A DNA stretch of 64,000 nt, from assembly GCA_026770705.1 (NCBI GenBank), contig JANJGN010000013.1, positions 58,714,001 through 58,778,000 of the forward strand. The letters run 5' to 3'. The stretch comes from Isurus oxyrinchus. Taxonomy: Eukaryota. Positions 37,714 through 50,900 of this stretch are shown piece by piece. Within the stretch, counting starts at the first letter, position 1, and each line of letters opens with the position of its first letter. The position numbers and the translations under genes are program-made. The notes below the pieces were generated by a model. That model saw nothing but the letters and a program-made list of their open reading frames with translations, searched no databases and was not told the origin of the DNA.

Positions 37714-40208
37714 TCACACTGAACGTGTTGTCCGTCTCTTGCTGGATCCGACTGGTCTCAACCCCATTGCCTCTGACACTGCCATCGACAGTCCATTCAA
37801 TCTCCACAGCTCCTGGCTTAAACCCCTCGCCAAACACACCAGGGCCGCCGTGATTTTCGCTGTGATTTGATCCGATGAAGGCAGAAGGAGAGAGACAGAT
37901 GGTTCCTGCGGATCTGTTTAAACAAAATTAAGTTTAGTAGTTTGGGGGGAATGGCTTTGACTGAACGCATAAGATTTTTTTCAAAACACTACAATTCGAA
38001 TTCTGTCATTCATTAAATAGATGATTTTTTTTTTTGTTGCTTTGCTTTGCGCGGTCTTCCGAGGAAGGCTGAAGGAGAGAGATCGGTGGGACTTTTGGAA
38101 CTGAAAAAACGAACTTAAGTTTTAATGGCTGACTGGAGTTGGGTCTGTTCAACTTTACAGGAAGCAAAACAATACATGTACATTTTATTTGGCATTGTCA
38201 CTCCTGAACGATATAACACATATCTTTGCTGTTAATATTTTGCTGACAATAAGAGGGTCATTATGTAGCCGCTGTGTCTCCACACTGAGACGCTGCTGCC
38301 ACGAACAAAAAGAAATAGATTTAGAAGCACAATAAATTTGATGAAATGCTGATCAGTTTTGCAAAGTTTTCACTGATTAACTTTTATGCTAGAACCCTGA
38401 ACAGTGTAGGTGAATTTGCTCAGGTAACTTCACCCTGTGATCTTCTTCTCCGATGGGTCAGACGCTTTCAACTCCACACCGGAAACTGACCCCGCAATCT
38501 AGGCGAAATTCCAGCTACGGGAATGTGGCTCGGGCCGTTCTGACAGCCTTTGTAAAAGAATTAAACCGAGATCCTCGCCTGATTGACTTAAATTACTCTA
38601 TTGCAGTATTGGAGGAAGTCGTGACAGGCTGTGCTCATTATGTGAAAGCAGATTAACCAGTGATTCCTCGCACTGCTGCATGTGGGAAATAGACTGCAGA
38701 GGTCATTATGAGGATCTCATTAACACAAAATCTTTCCGCTAACGCTCTGGCATGTTTCGGATAGAATCCGTGAAATAAAGGCAACTTAAATTTTTGTATG
38801 AGCTTTGTGCTTCGGTGTTGCTTGGTCTGTAAGACGGGGATGGGGGAAATCTTAACTTTGTGCAACAGTGTAAAACTGGTTATAAATGGACAGAGCATTT
38901 TACATCGGAAGTAAAGAGAAATATAAATCGAGAGAAATGTAAAATCGGTTACCAACGCCACATCAGCCGTTTCACATGATCGGCCAAGTTAAACTGCGCA
39001 CGCACATTACTTGTATGAAAGATATATATTTATATAGGTCTAAAACAAAGGATAGCGCTAAAAGAATTCGGGTGAATTTTCTTCCATCATTACAGTCGAA
39101 AGCGTAACAATTGAATATGATCAACACTATTAATACAACGAATTTGTTAGTTTGAGTCACATTCTGATTTCTCTGATTACTGGTCTGTGCATCGAAATTA
39201 CCAACACCTCAGGTCCGATTTCAACAGCAGAAATAAAACGAAGTTTCTGCCCGAAGGCGCCTGCCCAATACACAGGGCAATCTGACAATGTGAACAGTAC
39301 GAGTATAATGAAAGAATTTAGTAATTCCACTGATCTCATGTTCGCACGTATGTTAGTTTTCAAAAAACTCTGCGCTGACGTGAAACTTGGCAATGTTTCC
39401 TTCATTACAGAAGGGACCAGGACGCAACTCGCTGTTTAATTGAGAACCCGCAAGTGCTTCATCAGAGAACTATATATGTCATATTCATGGGCAGCTCTGT
39501 GATTTCGAAGCCTTACATAGTGTGCACCACAATTAACCAACGCACAATAAATGAAGTGTTTCCCCACTGCGCAGCCATTCATCATTTGTGACCAGTTTAA
39601 CTCAGTATTCGGACTGAATTTCAGTTGTTACTCAAAGCCGCTATATTCAGTGCAAGAATAGTTTCTGCTAAAAACCTAATAAGGAGCTGAGAACGCAGAA
39701 CATTGAAGGTTCCCGTTCTGAAGGGAGAATTGATATGGGCTGATGTTTCGCTGTGACCATTATTTCAAGTAGCTGGCGCAAGTGATCATTATCTATTTGT
39801 GTCAACAGACGGCGTTTTCGAAAGGTTTTGGAAGGGACGCAATACATAATCATTGATATCAGTGTGGTTACTGGAGGTCTCATTTTGTGTTTCCCTGCAA
39901 AGTCATTCGGATTAGGATTAAAGGATTAGGATTAGGATTAAAGATTCTGATTGATTTCCCCGTTCTATGGCGGAGAGATTCTGAGGCTCAATGCAGACAA
40001 TTCTCAACTCATAGAAAATATTATGGAACTGGAAAGCTCAAATCTTAACTACTTAGCAGGGTAGTCTTTATTATTTAAAGTTAATTAATGGTGCAATTGT
40101 CAAAAGGGCATTAAAATTGCTGCGAAATAAAATAATTAGTCACCTATTGTATTTAGTTCTTAACCTGAAGCACGCTTTTAACAATATAAAGGAAATTATT
40201 TTACTCAC

Positions 40209-40542
40209 TGCCAACACCCAGTTTGGTTCCTTCACCGAAGTTGAATATATTGTTTTTCCATATAGCACAATAATAGTCCGCGCCGTCCTCCGATTTAATG
40301 TTACTGATAGTTAACGTTCCCGTGTTGCCGGATACCGAGCTAGAAAACCGGTCGGAAACACCGGTTCATGCTGCTTCCAGCATAATGAGAAAGCAGCTAC
40401 CGAGAAGCATTTCCAGATTTCTGCTGGTGCCAATATATGCAGCTGCTTCCTAAAGTGGCACCGGACATGGTGGCACGGACGGTTCCTCCGAGAGAAGTAG
40501 ATTTTGAAAGCGGTTGATTTACTGTAATGTCCGCACTTAAAA
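40209..40542 (-). pseudogene. Germline-joined VJ exon, cluster A2 (pseudogene)
   Basis: Paralog of 7040-7387. A 6-nt deletion removes the first Cys, there is an in-frame TAG at 40397-40399 and an 8-nt frameshifting deletion. CDR3-J reads [22 protein letters not shown]. Confidence 0.93.
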
Positions 40543-40684
40543 CTGAAAGAAAATGACATTAAAATGAGTGTAAATGCACTCCAATTAATTGTTCAAACTA
40601 TTGAGTTTTAACTCCCGTGAAATATCATCCAAAAAGACTTCCTAAAGGCGCCTTTACAGTAAATCTACTTTTTAAAATACTCAC

Positions 40685-40733
40685 CTGCCAGGCAAAAAAT
40701 GAACACAGTGATAGCATGGACCCAATCAGTCAT
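40685..40733 (-). pseudogene. Ig lambda leader exon, cluster A2
   Basis: MTDWVHAITVFIFCLA plus G, donor GTGAGTA. The exon is intact but belongs to an inactivated VJ and C. Confidence 0.9.
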
Positions 40734-40810
40734 TGTGGAAAATTTAACGAGCCACTGAAGAACTGACATCTCTATGACAAGATGGGTTAGCTGTCTGAAT
40801 CTCTCTCTGT

Positions 40811-40862
40811 TTTTTAATAACACCTGTCTTCAAGTAGGTGTTGCCTTGTGGTGGGTGCAAAT
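40811..40862 (-). promoter_or_regulatory. IgL promoter: TATA-like box, E-box and variant octamer
   Basis: TTATTAAAAA (40811-40820), CAGGTG (40821-40826) and ATTTGCAC (40855-40862). The last is one mismatch from the octamer ATTTGCAT and lies in light-chain orientation, ~120 nt upstream of the ATG. Confidence 0.6.
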
Positions 40863-42697
40863 GGGCCTTCTCATCTCAAACAATCAGGTCCTCTGAAATA
40901 CAAAGACCATCTCAAATTCTCTTCGGCTAGCAGAAAATACAAGGAAGCTCATGCATAAGCAAAATACTGCGGATGTTAGAATACTGAAAGAAAACCAGAA
41001 AATGCTGGAAACATTCAGCAGTTCAGGCAGTATCTCTCGAGAGAAAAACAGAATTAACGCTTCAGATCATGACCTTTCGATACAAGCATTTGCCACAAAC
41101 GTTAGTACTGTACCCGGGCATAGTCTGTAAATGTTTATACTTCATTTTCCTGGTAAATGCGATTCGAATCATAGAAACATACAGCACAAAATGATGCAAT
41201 TTAGCTCCTCGTTCTTTGCCTGATCGTTGGATGAACGACCCAATTCGCCCTGCACCTACATTTCTCAATGTTCCGGGTTGAGGGCTAAGGGACCAGGCTT
41301 CCCCACACTCGCCCCCGACACCAACAAAGGGACATTTCAGAACTTGGGTGTTATTCTAAACTACTATTTCCACCACAGGTCAGCCATGACACCAGAAGGC
41401 AGTCTTTTAGGAGCAATCGGGAAATTAGGAGATGGAAAAGGAGTAAAATGTGGGAGATGGAGGGGAAGAAATTCCCAGGAATGTTGGAAGGATCAGACAC
41501 TGGCTTTGCCTCTTCTACTAGATGAAAGATCGATGGAATCCAGGGACATTCACGTCCGCCCTTGGCTGGGAATGTAGCCACCTGGCGCACAGTAACCCCC
41601 GACACTATCACCCACCACCCTGCGCCCTCCGTGCACCTCCAGTCCACCTCAAATCAAAGGTAGAGTCACCCAGATCACGTCAAGCCGGTAGACAAATTCC
41701 ACCGGAGTGAATGAGTTCTTCCAGTCAGAATGTTGGGAACACTCCCTGGGAAGGTGGAGGATGTGAGACCAGCAAGAAGGTGGCCTTGGAATGGTGAGTT
41801 CATGGGCGGTGGGTTAGCGGAGAGCAGACTGTAGGTCTCGCCTAAGCTTTGGGCCTAAGGTGGACCACTTGAAGGATCAAGGAATTGAATTCCAGTCACT
41901 CCTAACTCCTCTTTAATTTCCTTCCCAGAACATGCGACGATTACTGTTATTTTTCGTTTGTTGGTTTAGAATCTGTTATTCCTGACAAGCGAAACTTCTA
42001 GTGTCAGAGTTAAACTTTTATTTAACTTCAGTTTGTAAAGTTGACTAACACTGTAAAGCATTTCTAAAGTTTCTGGTGAAAGGTAATCGATCTGAAGCGT
42101 TTAAATTTTAAATTAGTTTAACCTAATATTCTAATATTCTGCAACGCTCATCTTTATTTTTATCGTTTTGAAAAATATTCGTGTAAATAGCTGTTGAAAT
42201 TTCTAAGGAGGCTTCCTATTGTAATAAAACAATATTGTAATTAGAATGTGCTTCTTAAGGTCTCTTTTGTCAAATTTGTCTGAAATTTCTGGACATGGTT
42301 TACTTTTTTCAGGCGTATGTAGTTATTTACAAATTTTTTCACTTAAAGTAAGGACATATTTTTGTGATAAAACATTGCCTATCTCTTTGCGGTGTGATTA
42401 CTATGGGATGTTTTTGGATAAAATGCTGAGCCACAGGCTGACCTATGATCTTGCATTCCGCAATGCCGCCACTTAACCTTTGATCCAGCGCTTGCAGCAG
42501 AATGACTTTTTGCCTCTAATGGCTAGTCCTCTGCTTATCAAAATCCAGACTTTCAACAATGACAGAGTTGTGTGGGCTGCAGCACGCTACAGCGATCTTC
42601 GCTACCGGCTCTCGGGTGTATTGGGGGACACCGTCAAACTTTCCATGCACCAGAAGTGACTTTTCAGCTCTCTATTGGTTCTCGCGACAACCTGTCT

Positions 42698-43647
42698 GAT
42701 CTTATTTTGGAAAAATACACGTTATTTTTAAAATATCTCAATGAAAGTTGCAAGACATTTTAAAATGGCCGTCACAAAAATTGCAATCAGATTTAACTTT
42801 TACACGTGCATCACGAGCTGTTTCAATACAATCAATGAATATTACAATCATTTCAATATGGTATTACAGACAGTCAGACAGTACAATAGTATTGGAGTTA
42901 TCGACATACATCGTGTTGCACTCTGAGGTGCTTCAATACAATTATAATACATTTAGCATTCACTGCCTACATTCATTGTAAGTCGTACAGCCCGAGGGGT
43001 CCATACAATTCCCAGCCCCTCCGTGCACTATAGCTGAAAGGTCTTAAACAGCGACCTTTCACCATTTCACCTTTGCGGCGGCTGCCCGACGCTTTAGTGC
43101 GTCCCTTAGGCCTGGACCTTGGAATGTGCCAGTCTGCAACACTCGGTCAGGGACAATTCTTTGCGCTGGAAGACCGACAAGTTTCGAGCAGACCAAAGAG
43201 CGTCGTTCAAGGAGCTGATGATCTTCCAGCTGCAGTTATGTTTCTCTCGGTGTGTGTCCCCGGGAACACCTCGTAGAGCACAGAGTCCTGTGTCACTGCG
43301 CTGCTGGCGATCAGCCTCGACAAAAACCACTGCATCTCTCTCCAAACCTTCTTTGCAAAAGCACATGCCACAAGGAGGTGAACCACAGTCTCTTCCCCAC
43401 CACAGCCACTCGAGAGCAATGTGCAGAGGGCGGTGAGACTCCGGGCGTGTAGGAAGGATCTGACGGGGGCGGCCTTTCTCACTACCAGCAAAGCTACATC
43501 TTGGTGCTTGGTGGAAAGTTCTGGCATTCTGCCCAATGACAGCCTGATCAGGGAACCAGCCGACAAGATCCCCCATCTCCTTTTCGCGCAGAACTTCTAG
43601 GACGTTACGTGCCAACCACTGCCTGATGGACTTGTGGCCAAAGGTGT
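42698..43647 (-). mobile_element. Tx1/L1-clade LINE 3' fragment (duplicate of 11445-12410)
   Basis: Same insertion point, degenerate TSD (42685-42697 / 43648-43660), and peptide GCGGEETVVHLLVACAFAKKVW. Confidence 0.85.
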
Positions 43648-46600
43648 CAACAACCTGCCTATTAGATACCTTGACCTGATATTGCCATCCTTCCGCTTCC
43701 GTCTGTGTGTGTGTGTTGCAAAAAAGCGATAATCCTTAAACTAATATACCGATTATTCCTCTAATCCTAATAAGCATGCACATATTGTAACCACTAGAGT
43801 GTTGCAATGCTCAGTACTTGGGCCTCAGCGATTTATATTCTATGTTAATGGCTTAAACGAATAGACCGAGGGTAAAGTAAGTTTGCTGATGATGCAAAGC
43901 TAGATGGGAATGTAAGCAATGATGAGGAGAACACAAAGATGCTGCAAAGACATAAAGAGAGGTTTAGAGACTGAACAACAAAATGGCAGATGGAACATAA
44001 TGTGGGCAAATACAGGTTATTCATCTTGGTGGTAAGAAGAAAGAAGAATATATATAAAAGCATGAAAATTCTGAACGAAGGATTTCAATGGATAGGACCA
44101 GCTATTGGAAAAGACCAAGGATTGGACTCCTCAGACCTTATCTCAAAATATTCAATTATTGTTGGATCAAATTAAAATTGTGCAAACATTTGTCATTTTC
44201 TGCACACCTGGCATCATTTATTCGCTCTAAAAGTACTTTTTTCCGACTCCCCAAAACTGTCCAAATTATTAAATTGGGCCTGACATGTCTCATGTGTTAG
44301 ATGATATCCTGGACCTTGTACTTCCAAATTGGCAGCTCCCTCACCGCTTGTCGCTTTGGACTCTTGTGTCGTACTTTGTTCCCCTGAACCCACAGTATCA
44401 GCTTCACGCTCAGAGGTCGCGATCTGACCATCACAGATTTCTTCTTCTTCAACAGCTTGAAGGTGAAATTCACGGCACCGCTACATCTGCCTCAGATACA
44501 GATTGCGCACCCTGCTCCTCCATTGGATGATACTAATCTTACTCTTCCAGCACAGTTTCAATATCACATTCTTCGGAAATCCTCAGTTCTGTTCGTTCAG
44601 CAGCACTGCTTTCAGTGCATTCAGCTGCTGCCATTGACTCACAGCCATCACAACTAATGTGTCCAAGGACACCTATGAATCTGTCAGAGGAAATTATTTG
44701 CTATTATTTGTGGCATGAAATAAACTTCCCTGCTCATACATGGTTTAAACATTCAGTGAGTGACATCTCGTTTGTGCATTCCAACATTAGAATGAACACT
44801 AGTTACTCTAGGGCTAGTGATCCCCAACAGTTACCTGCTCAAATCCTCAGTGTTCATTTAGGGAGGTGCCATCGCCCCCAGGAGAAGCAGCTGTTCTCTC
44901 GGGAGAGAAATGCAAAATGAAGATCTTGTTTTCTCCCTATCCCGTCCTGTGACACACTTTTACAATTACTGGAGACAGTTTTAATAATACTAACAAGTAA
45001 TACTAACAAACTGAAGAGTGCACTCTGTGAGGATGAAGACTAAGCATAATCGTTCATGACAAGGTCAGCACTATCTACAAGCAACTGAATTTTAAGACAC
45101 CTTATTAAATGAGGAACCATCCACACCTCATAACCATTTAAACTCTCAACTTTTAAATCAAGATATAAATTTAAAAATGACTAACACGGATTCATATACA
45201 TTTCCTGGCAGAATGCCCAAGTCATGGGGTTTTTTTTACGGCAATGTTCTCCCGTGCATGACACGCTGCTATTTGCAGTCACTCACTGCGCTATTTCTTT
45301 CCAGGCTAAGGTTCTGATTTTCCTTTACCGATTTCAACTTTGCATTACCGATTATGCGGAAATATCTCGTTTCTATTTCACTGCGAAGAATTTTGAGGTC
45401 TGCATCCATGAAATTATGACACCTTTTCTTCTCATTCGCATCCTGCGCTGCCACATTCTACAATCAAATAAGTGGCTCCGTTCTGCTAGGCTACGGTAAC
45501 AATACTGTAAATTGCAGCTCCCATTTATTTTACTGTAAATAGTTCCCTCATTCAATTCAACACTTCCAACACGTTTTCTAACATTAAATTAAACAAACTC
45601 ATGAAAGTAATTCAAAGGTTTTTTTTTAAAAAAAATGACAATTGTTTTGAAAACTGATTAAGAACTTTAGAAAATTTTCTCAGCAGAAGACTGAAATCTC
45701 AAGGGGCGTGTCTTCACTGATAACTTAATACGGAGCGTGGCGCCTGCCTCCATGGAAAACTGAATGCTCCTGCAGGGAGAGGATGAATCTAAACCTCTAG
45801 TGGAGAAAGCTAAGGCAGCGACTTTAATCATGGTCAGCGGCATGAGAGCCTCGCCGCTGACCGGACGCTCTGGGACAATATAAAATAAACTCCAGATGTA
45901 CAGTGCAGTTACATCATCAAGCAGCGTAAATAGCCAGTTACATTATAGTATTCTCACAGACAGTAAATTAAGAAGCACAAACCAATGAACTTCACTTTTA
46001 AAGTCACATTTTACAGTTAGCGAAATAAATGATTACGTGATACACATGGGGTTACGGTAAAAGATAAAATATCAAACAAACATTAAAAAACTAATTGAAA
46101 TGGCGTGGATGTTTTTCATAATGGGGACATTTGACATTCAAAAATATTACTATTTCAGGGCCAGTGAACCTGTTTAATAGTAATGACGGATTTGTCCGCC
46201 GTTAAAAATACAGTAACACCGCATTCAAGAAGCAGGAACCAAGGGTTTTTACAGTGAGGCCAATGGTGCAACAGTGGAAGTTTTTGTCAGTTCAATAATT
46301 TCGAATTGATTGCGCTCTGTGGGAATCTCAACAGCACAGGCTGATGGCAAGCTAAAATAACTGACAGCAATTTCTGACAGAATGCGTGGACTCCGGGGAT
46401 TACTGTCAATTTCAGAGTAATAACATCAAAGTCGACTCTTTCGCCTTCTTGGATTGTGCGCATCTGGTAAATATTCTTTGGTCTTCTTCCTCTATGAAAA
46501 TTGTTGGAGTTACAGGAGCACGTGAAACGTCTAATCTTCCTGTACTGGACAACCTTGGTGCCTGTGCTTTTTGTTTGCACCGCAGCGTAAACATCTCCAA

Positions 46601-47918
46601 ATGACTGCTGTCGGGCTTCCTGCCCTGTCGCTCCTTTTGGTGAGCTTCTGCACGGTATTCCCGTCACCCTTGGGCCTATGCAGTCAGCAAAGTCATCTAG
46701 AGCCGTTATATTGCCACGGATTTATATCTCCGACTTCATCGTATTCAACTGTTTAATCGAGAATGGGGTCGTTTTTGCTCTGTAAGAAATCCAAGAGCCT
46801 TTCACCATGATCTGCAATGACAATGTGGTCACGTATAAGTTAATCTTTCAATGCACCATATCTGCAAGAGTGCAGATGAGTGTAGGTGATGTAGGTGTGT
46901 GTGAAATAATTCAGTGGATTCCCTGGGTCTTTGGGATTTTTGATTCAAGTGCTCTTGCTCAATCACAAGGTTTTGTTTCAGGTTAAAATACATGACGAAG
47001 GTTTTAAGGACAGTCTTGAATCTGCCGAGATCTCTTCCACCCCCTGTCTCGAGGGCATCATTGGTAACTGGTCCTATGGTGTAATGGAATGAACTAACCT
47101 GGTGCTTATGCTCTTTTGCATGAAGGCCAAATGCTGCTCTATTTCAGAGGAAGGGTTTCTTCCATAACTCACAATTCTGGCCTTTGTCCGGACTTCGAGA
47201 CTTTCCATCGGGTGGGGTAGAGATAATGATAACTTGCTGGGTATTGACATCATTGCCGTTTTTCAGTTTGCCTCCTTCTTCAGTTCATTTATTGATTCTG
47301 CCTTCCACAGGTTTTCTTGCACTTTGTCGTTTTGGTCCTGCCGAAGGCATCAACCCTTCTTTAGATTGGTGTCACAACCATTGCTACCATTTTTCACATT
47401 CTGGTGGCAGGATTCTGATTTGTGTGGCCTATCTTATCTAGAGAGACTGTAGTCTTACACTGGCAGTTACTTCAAATTTGTTTATTAACACCATATGTGA
47501 GATAGGTTACAGTGTTCGTGTCTCTTATGAGTACAAACTATTTCATCCTCTCTCCCGAATGTCTAGCACACGACTACTGTTGTCACTGTTACATCATGGT
47601 CTACATCACGCATTATCATTAACAATTCTATTCACCCATTACGCTGCATTATCGTACGTGGGCATGCGTTTCTACTATGGTTTCATAGCTGTTCAGTCAC
47701 CATTTGTTCTTGTTTGTGGGGCTTTTCTTTTAATGAAAATGGAATACCAAATGCGCTCCGGTATCAAGGCTTAAGAGAAGAAATGATATGCATATTCATT
47801 ACAGTGGAATAAATCTGGGTACAGTTTGAGATTCTGCTCGGAGTGGAGTCTATTGCATAACAGTGTAAGGGCAATTTCCACGTGATTTTTTCCTGCACTT
47901 GAGTTGAAATGAACAGTT

Positions 47919-50900
47919 GGCCGGAATTTGATGTCTCGGGGCAGGCGCGCACCCGACCCAAATGGACATGAAATAGCGAGAGATGACATCAGGCGAGCGT
48001 CCTGACGTCATCTTCCACGCAAGCAATCTTCAGGTCAGAGGGCCACACCCCAACAATTAAAGGGTCTTTTAAGGCCATTAAAAAGGCAATTGATTCTGAT
48101 TTTACATTGCCAGGTGATTTCACAATCATCACATCGGTAAAATGGGCAGGCGGGCTGCCCACTTTTAATGAAATCTTATCCAAGGGCAGGATAAAAAGGA
48201 TCAGCAGCAATGCCATTGGGAGTAGTGAGGAGTTAAGGGGGAGGATTATTCTCTTGTCGGAGGGGCTTGGCAGCATGTGGGTGGGAGCTGTCGCAAATTG
48301 GCCATTGTCCGCGATCAGGACCCAAGCGCGATTTCATTCTAGGGACCAATTAAGGACCGCCCATCATGAAACGCGCTTAGCAGTGCTCAGCACTGTTTTT
48401 ATGGGGGAGGGCAGGAGGAGCAAGGAGCAAGCTAGAAAAGCTTTCTGAGGCACACAGCTGCCTCAGGGAGATGAATATTTTTCAAAACGAAAAATAAATA
48501 TTTATGAAATGTTATAAAACATGTCCCTTTGTGACTGTTATAAATGAAATTTTAAAAATTTAATTTTATTTATATTTGCTTTTGGAAACCTCATCCCACC
48601 CATGGATGAGGTTTCCTGAAAAATACAAAGGCAGCTTGGCCTGTTCGCCTGCCCACCAACCGTAAGGATGGATGGGCAGTGAACAATTTCTTTAAATTAC
48701 CTTCTTCATGGCCTTAATTGGCCTTTTAATTGTCGTCAGGCAAGCGCCAGAATCGGCAGAGCACTCACCAACTGAAATATCGTGAGAGTGCACAATGGCG
48801 TCGGGATGCTCACCCAACTTCATTGCTCATCATTTACACTTTTCCTGTTTAGGCACACACCCACCTGGCTAAAAGTTCTCCCCATAGGTGATGGCTTACC
48901 ATTGGTTGCTTATTTGGACTTGACAGCTCCATCTCAGCTCTGAGTTTCATTCTTAGCATTTCTAGGCTTAATTTCAGGACTCATTAGTGTCTTCAAGGAC
49001 CCTGGAGGATTTTGGCCATGTCGACTCTTCCTGGTACCAGACAGCCTTCTGTAACCCTGGTAATGGGGATTGTGGTCTCCTCTGGTGGCAGCTCCTCTGA
49101 TGAGAAAGAGAGCAGCAGAAGGGAGCGGAGGTCAGGTGTCCCAATGCAGGTTCCAGGGGAGCAACCTGTGGGAGGAGAGGTTGCAGGCACAAGGGCTGCA
49201 GGGCCAACTGGCAGCCCAAGATAGAAAGGGCCACGGAATCACCACCATCCTGCTGCCAGGGTTTACAGGCAGTGATGCAGCTACCTCATTATGTCGGAAG
49301 GGCAATGGCAAAGGAGGCTCCACCTTTCCAGGGAAACCATGACCTCCATTTGTCAGGTGATTGGGCCTGAGATCAGCTCCGATACTGTAGGTGGACACTC
49401 CATGCCAATGGCTTTGAAGGTCACAATGACCCTCAACTTCTATGCCTCCGTCTCTTTCCAGGGGGTCAATGGGAATCTTTGTGGAGTGTCCCATTCAGCT
49501 ATCTACAGTTGTGTCAAACTGGGCAGGGTTCTCCCCTTGGTGGGATGCTCAGCAGCGGAAGTTGGGAACCTGACTACTGCCGCAATTGGCCCCACACCGC
49601 AATTTTACGTGGGTGGGCCAATTAAGATGCAGCTGCAGCATGAGCGCAAAGGGGCAGACAGGGGCGAGTGCTCAATATCCACCGGGTCTAATGGTGACCC
49701 GGCAGCCAATTCGAAGAAGCACATCTTCAGAAGTCCTATGATCCTCTCTATCACCGCCCTTGTGGAGGCATGACTTCTTTTATAACACTGCTCTGCCTCT
49801 GTTCTTGGGTGGTGGAGAGCTGTCATGTGCCACTTTTTCAATGGATAGCCTTTGTCACCCAGCAGCCATCCATCCAGTTGGGCTGGAGCACTGAAGAGCC
49901 TCAGGAGTGTCTCAGGATGTAAGCATTGTGGGAGCTGCCAGGATACCTTGCACAGACTTGCAGAATCTGCATGTTGTGATCACACTAATTGCATGCTCAT
50001 GGAGTGGAATCTCTTCCTGTTGATGAAGGCACCTGGCTCACCTGCTGGCACCTTGATGGCCACATGGGTGCAGTCGAATGCACCTTGGAGATGGGGAAAC
50101 TCAGCAATCACTGCAAAGCCTCTGATTCACTCTGCCTGGCTGGCCTCATCCGTACAGTAGTGAATGAAAAACAATGCATGCCTGATCAGAGCATCTGTCA
50201 CCAGCTTCACCCAACAGTATACAGCTGTTTGGGAGGCACCATACAGATCCCCCATTGACCCCTAGAAAGAGCCAGTGGTATAGAAGTTGAGGGCCACTGT
50301 GACCTTCAGCACCACTGGCAAGAGATGTCCACCCACATGGTCAGAGCTGATCTGAGGGCCAATTCTCTGACAGATGGAGGCCATGATGTCCCGTAAGAGA
50401 CAAAGCCTTCTTCGGCACTGTACCTCAGACACATTGATGGAGGTGCATCGCCGTCTGTATACCATGGCAGCACAATAGTGACATCTCCTGCGGCACCTTC
50501 CACCTTGGGCTTCCTGTTGGCCCTGCGTCTCTTGTGCCTGTGCCTCTCCTCCAACAGGTCGCTCCCCTGGAAGCTGTATTGGCACATCTGGCCTCCTACT
50601 CCTTCTGGCCCTCTCTTCCTCCTCAGAGAAGGTGCCTCCAGCAGAGACCACAATCCCCATTTCCAGGGTAAGGGAAGGCTGCCTGAGACCTGGAAGGTCC
50701 CAAGTGGTGTGAATCCTCCAGGAACCTGGAAAACAACACTGAGTCCTGAACTGAAGCCTCTAAAATATTTTAATGCTGCTCTGAAGCAAAATAAAGATGT
50801 CCTGTTCACACAAGCAAGAGACAGCAAGTAATATTCTAAACTATAAACTACTCACATTTAAAAGCCCAATGACCCCTCTTATCCCACCCGTGGATGAGGT

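Larger units (their letters stand above)
36997..37913 (-). pseudogene. Ig lambda C exon C3, frameshifted and split by two Penelope-derived insertions
   Basis: [27 protein letters not shown], a 1-nt deletion at ~37822, insertions at 37576-37713 and 37079-37508, ends SRSSCV*. A ~350-bp deletion at ~36867 also removed the poly(A) region. Confidence 0.92.
32540..49717 (+). repeat. Direct segmental duplication of positions 1-~18617
   Basis: GACAGGGGAGTCATG occurs at 1 and at 32540. C exon, J-C intron, VJ, leader, Tx1, Myb and Gypsy remnants and the Harbinger left part are colinear up to CGGCAGCCAATTC (18601 / 49700). Confidence 0.92.
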
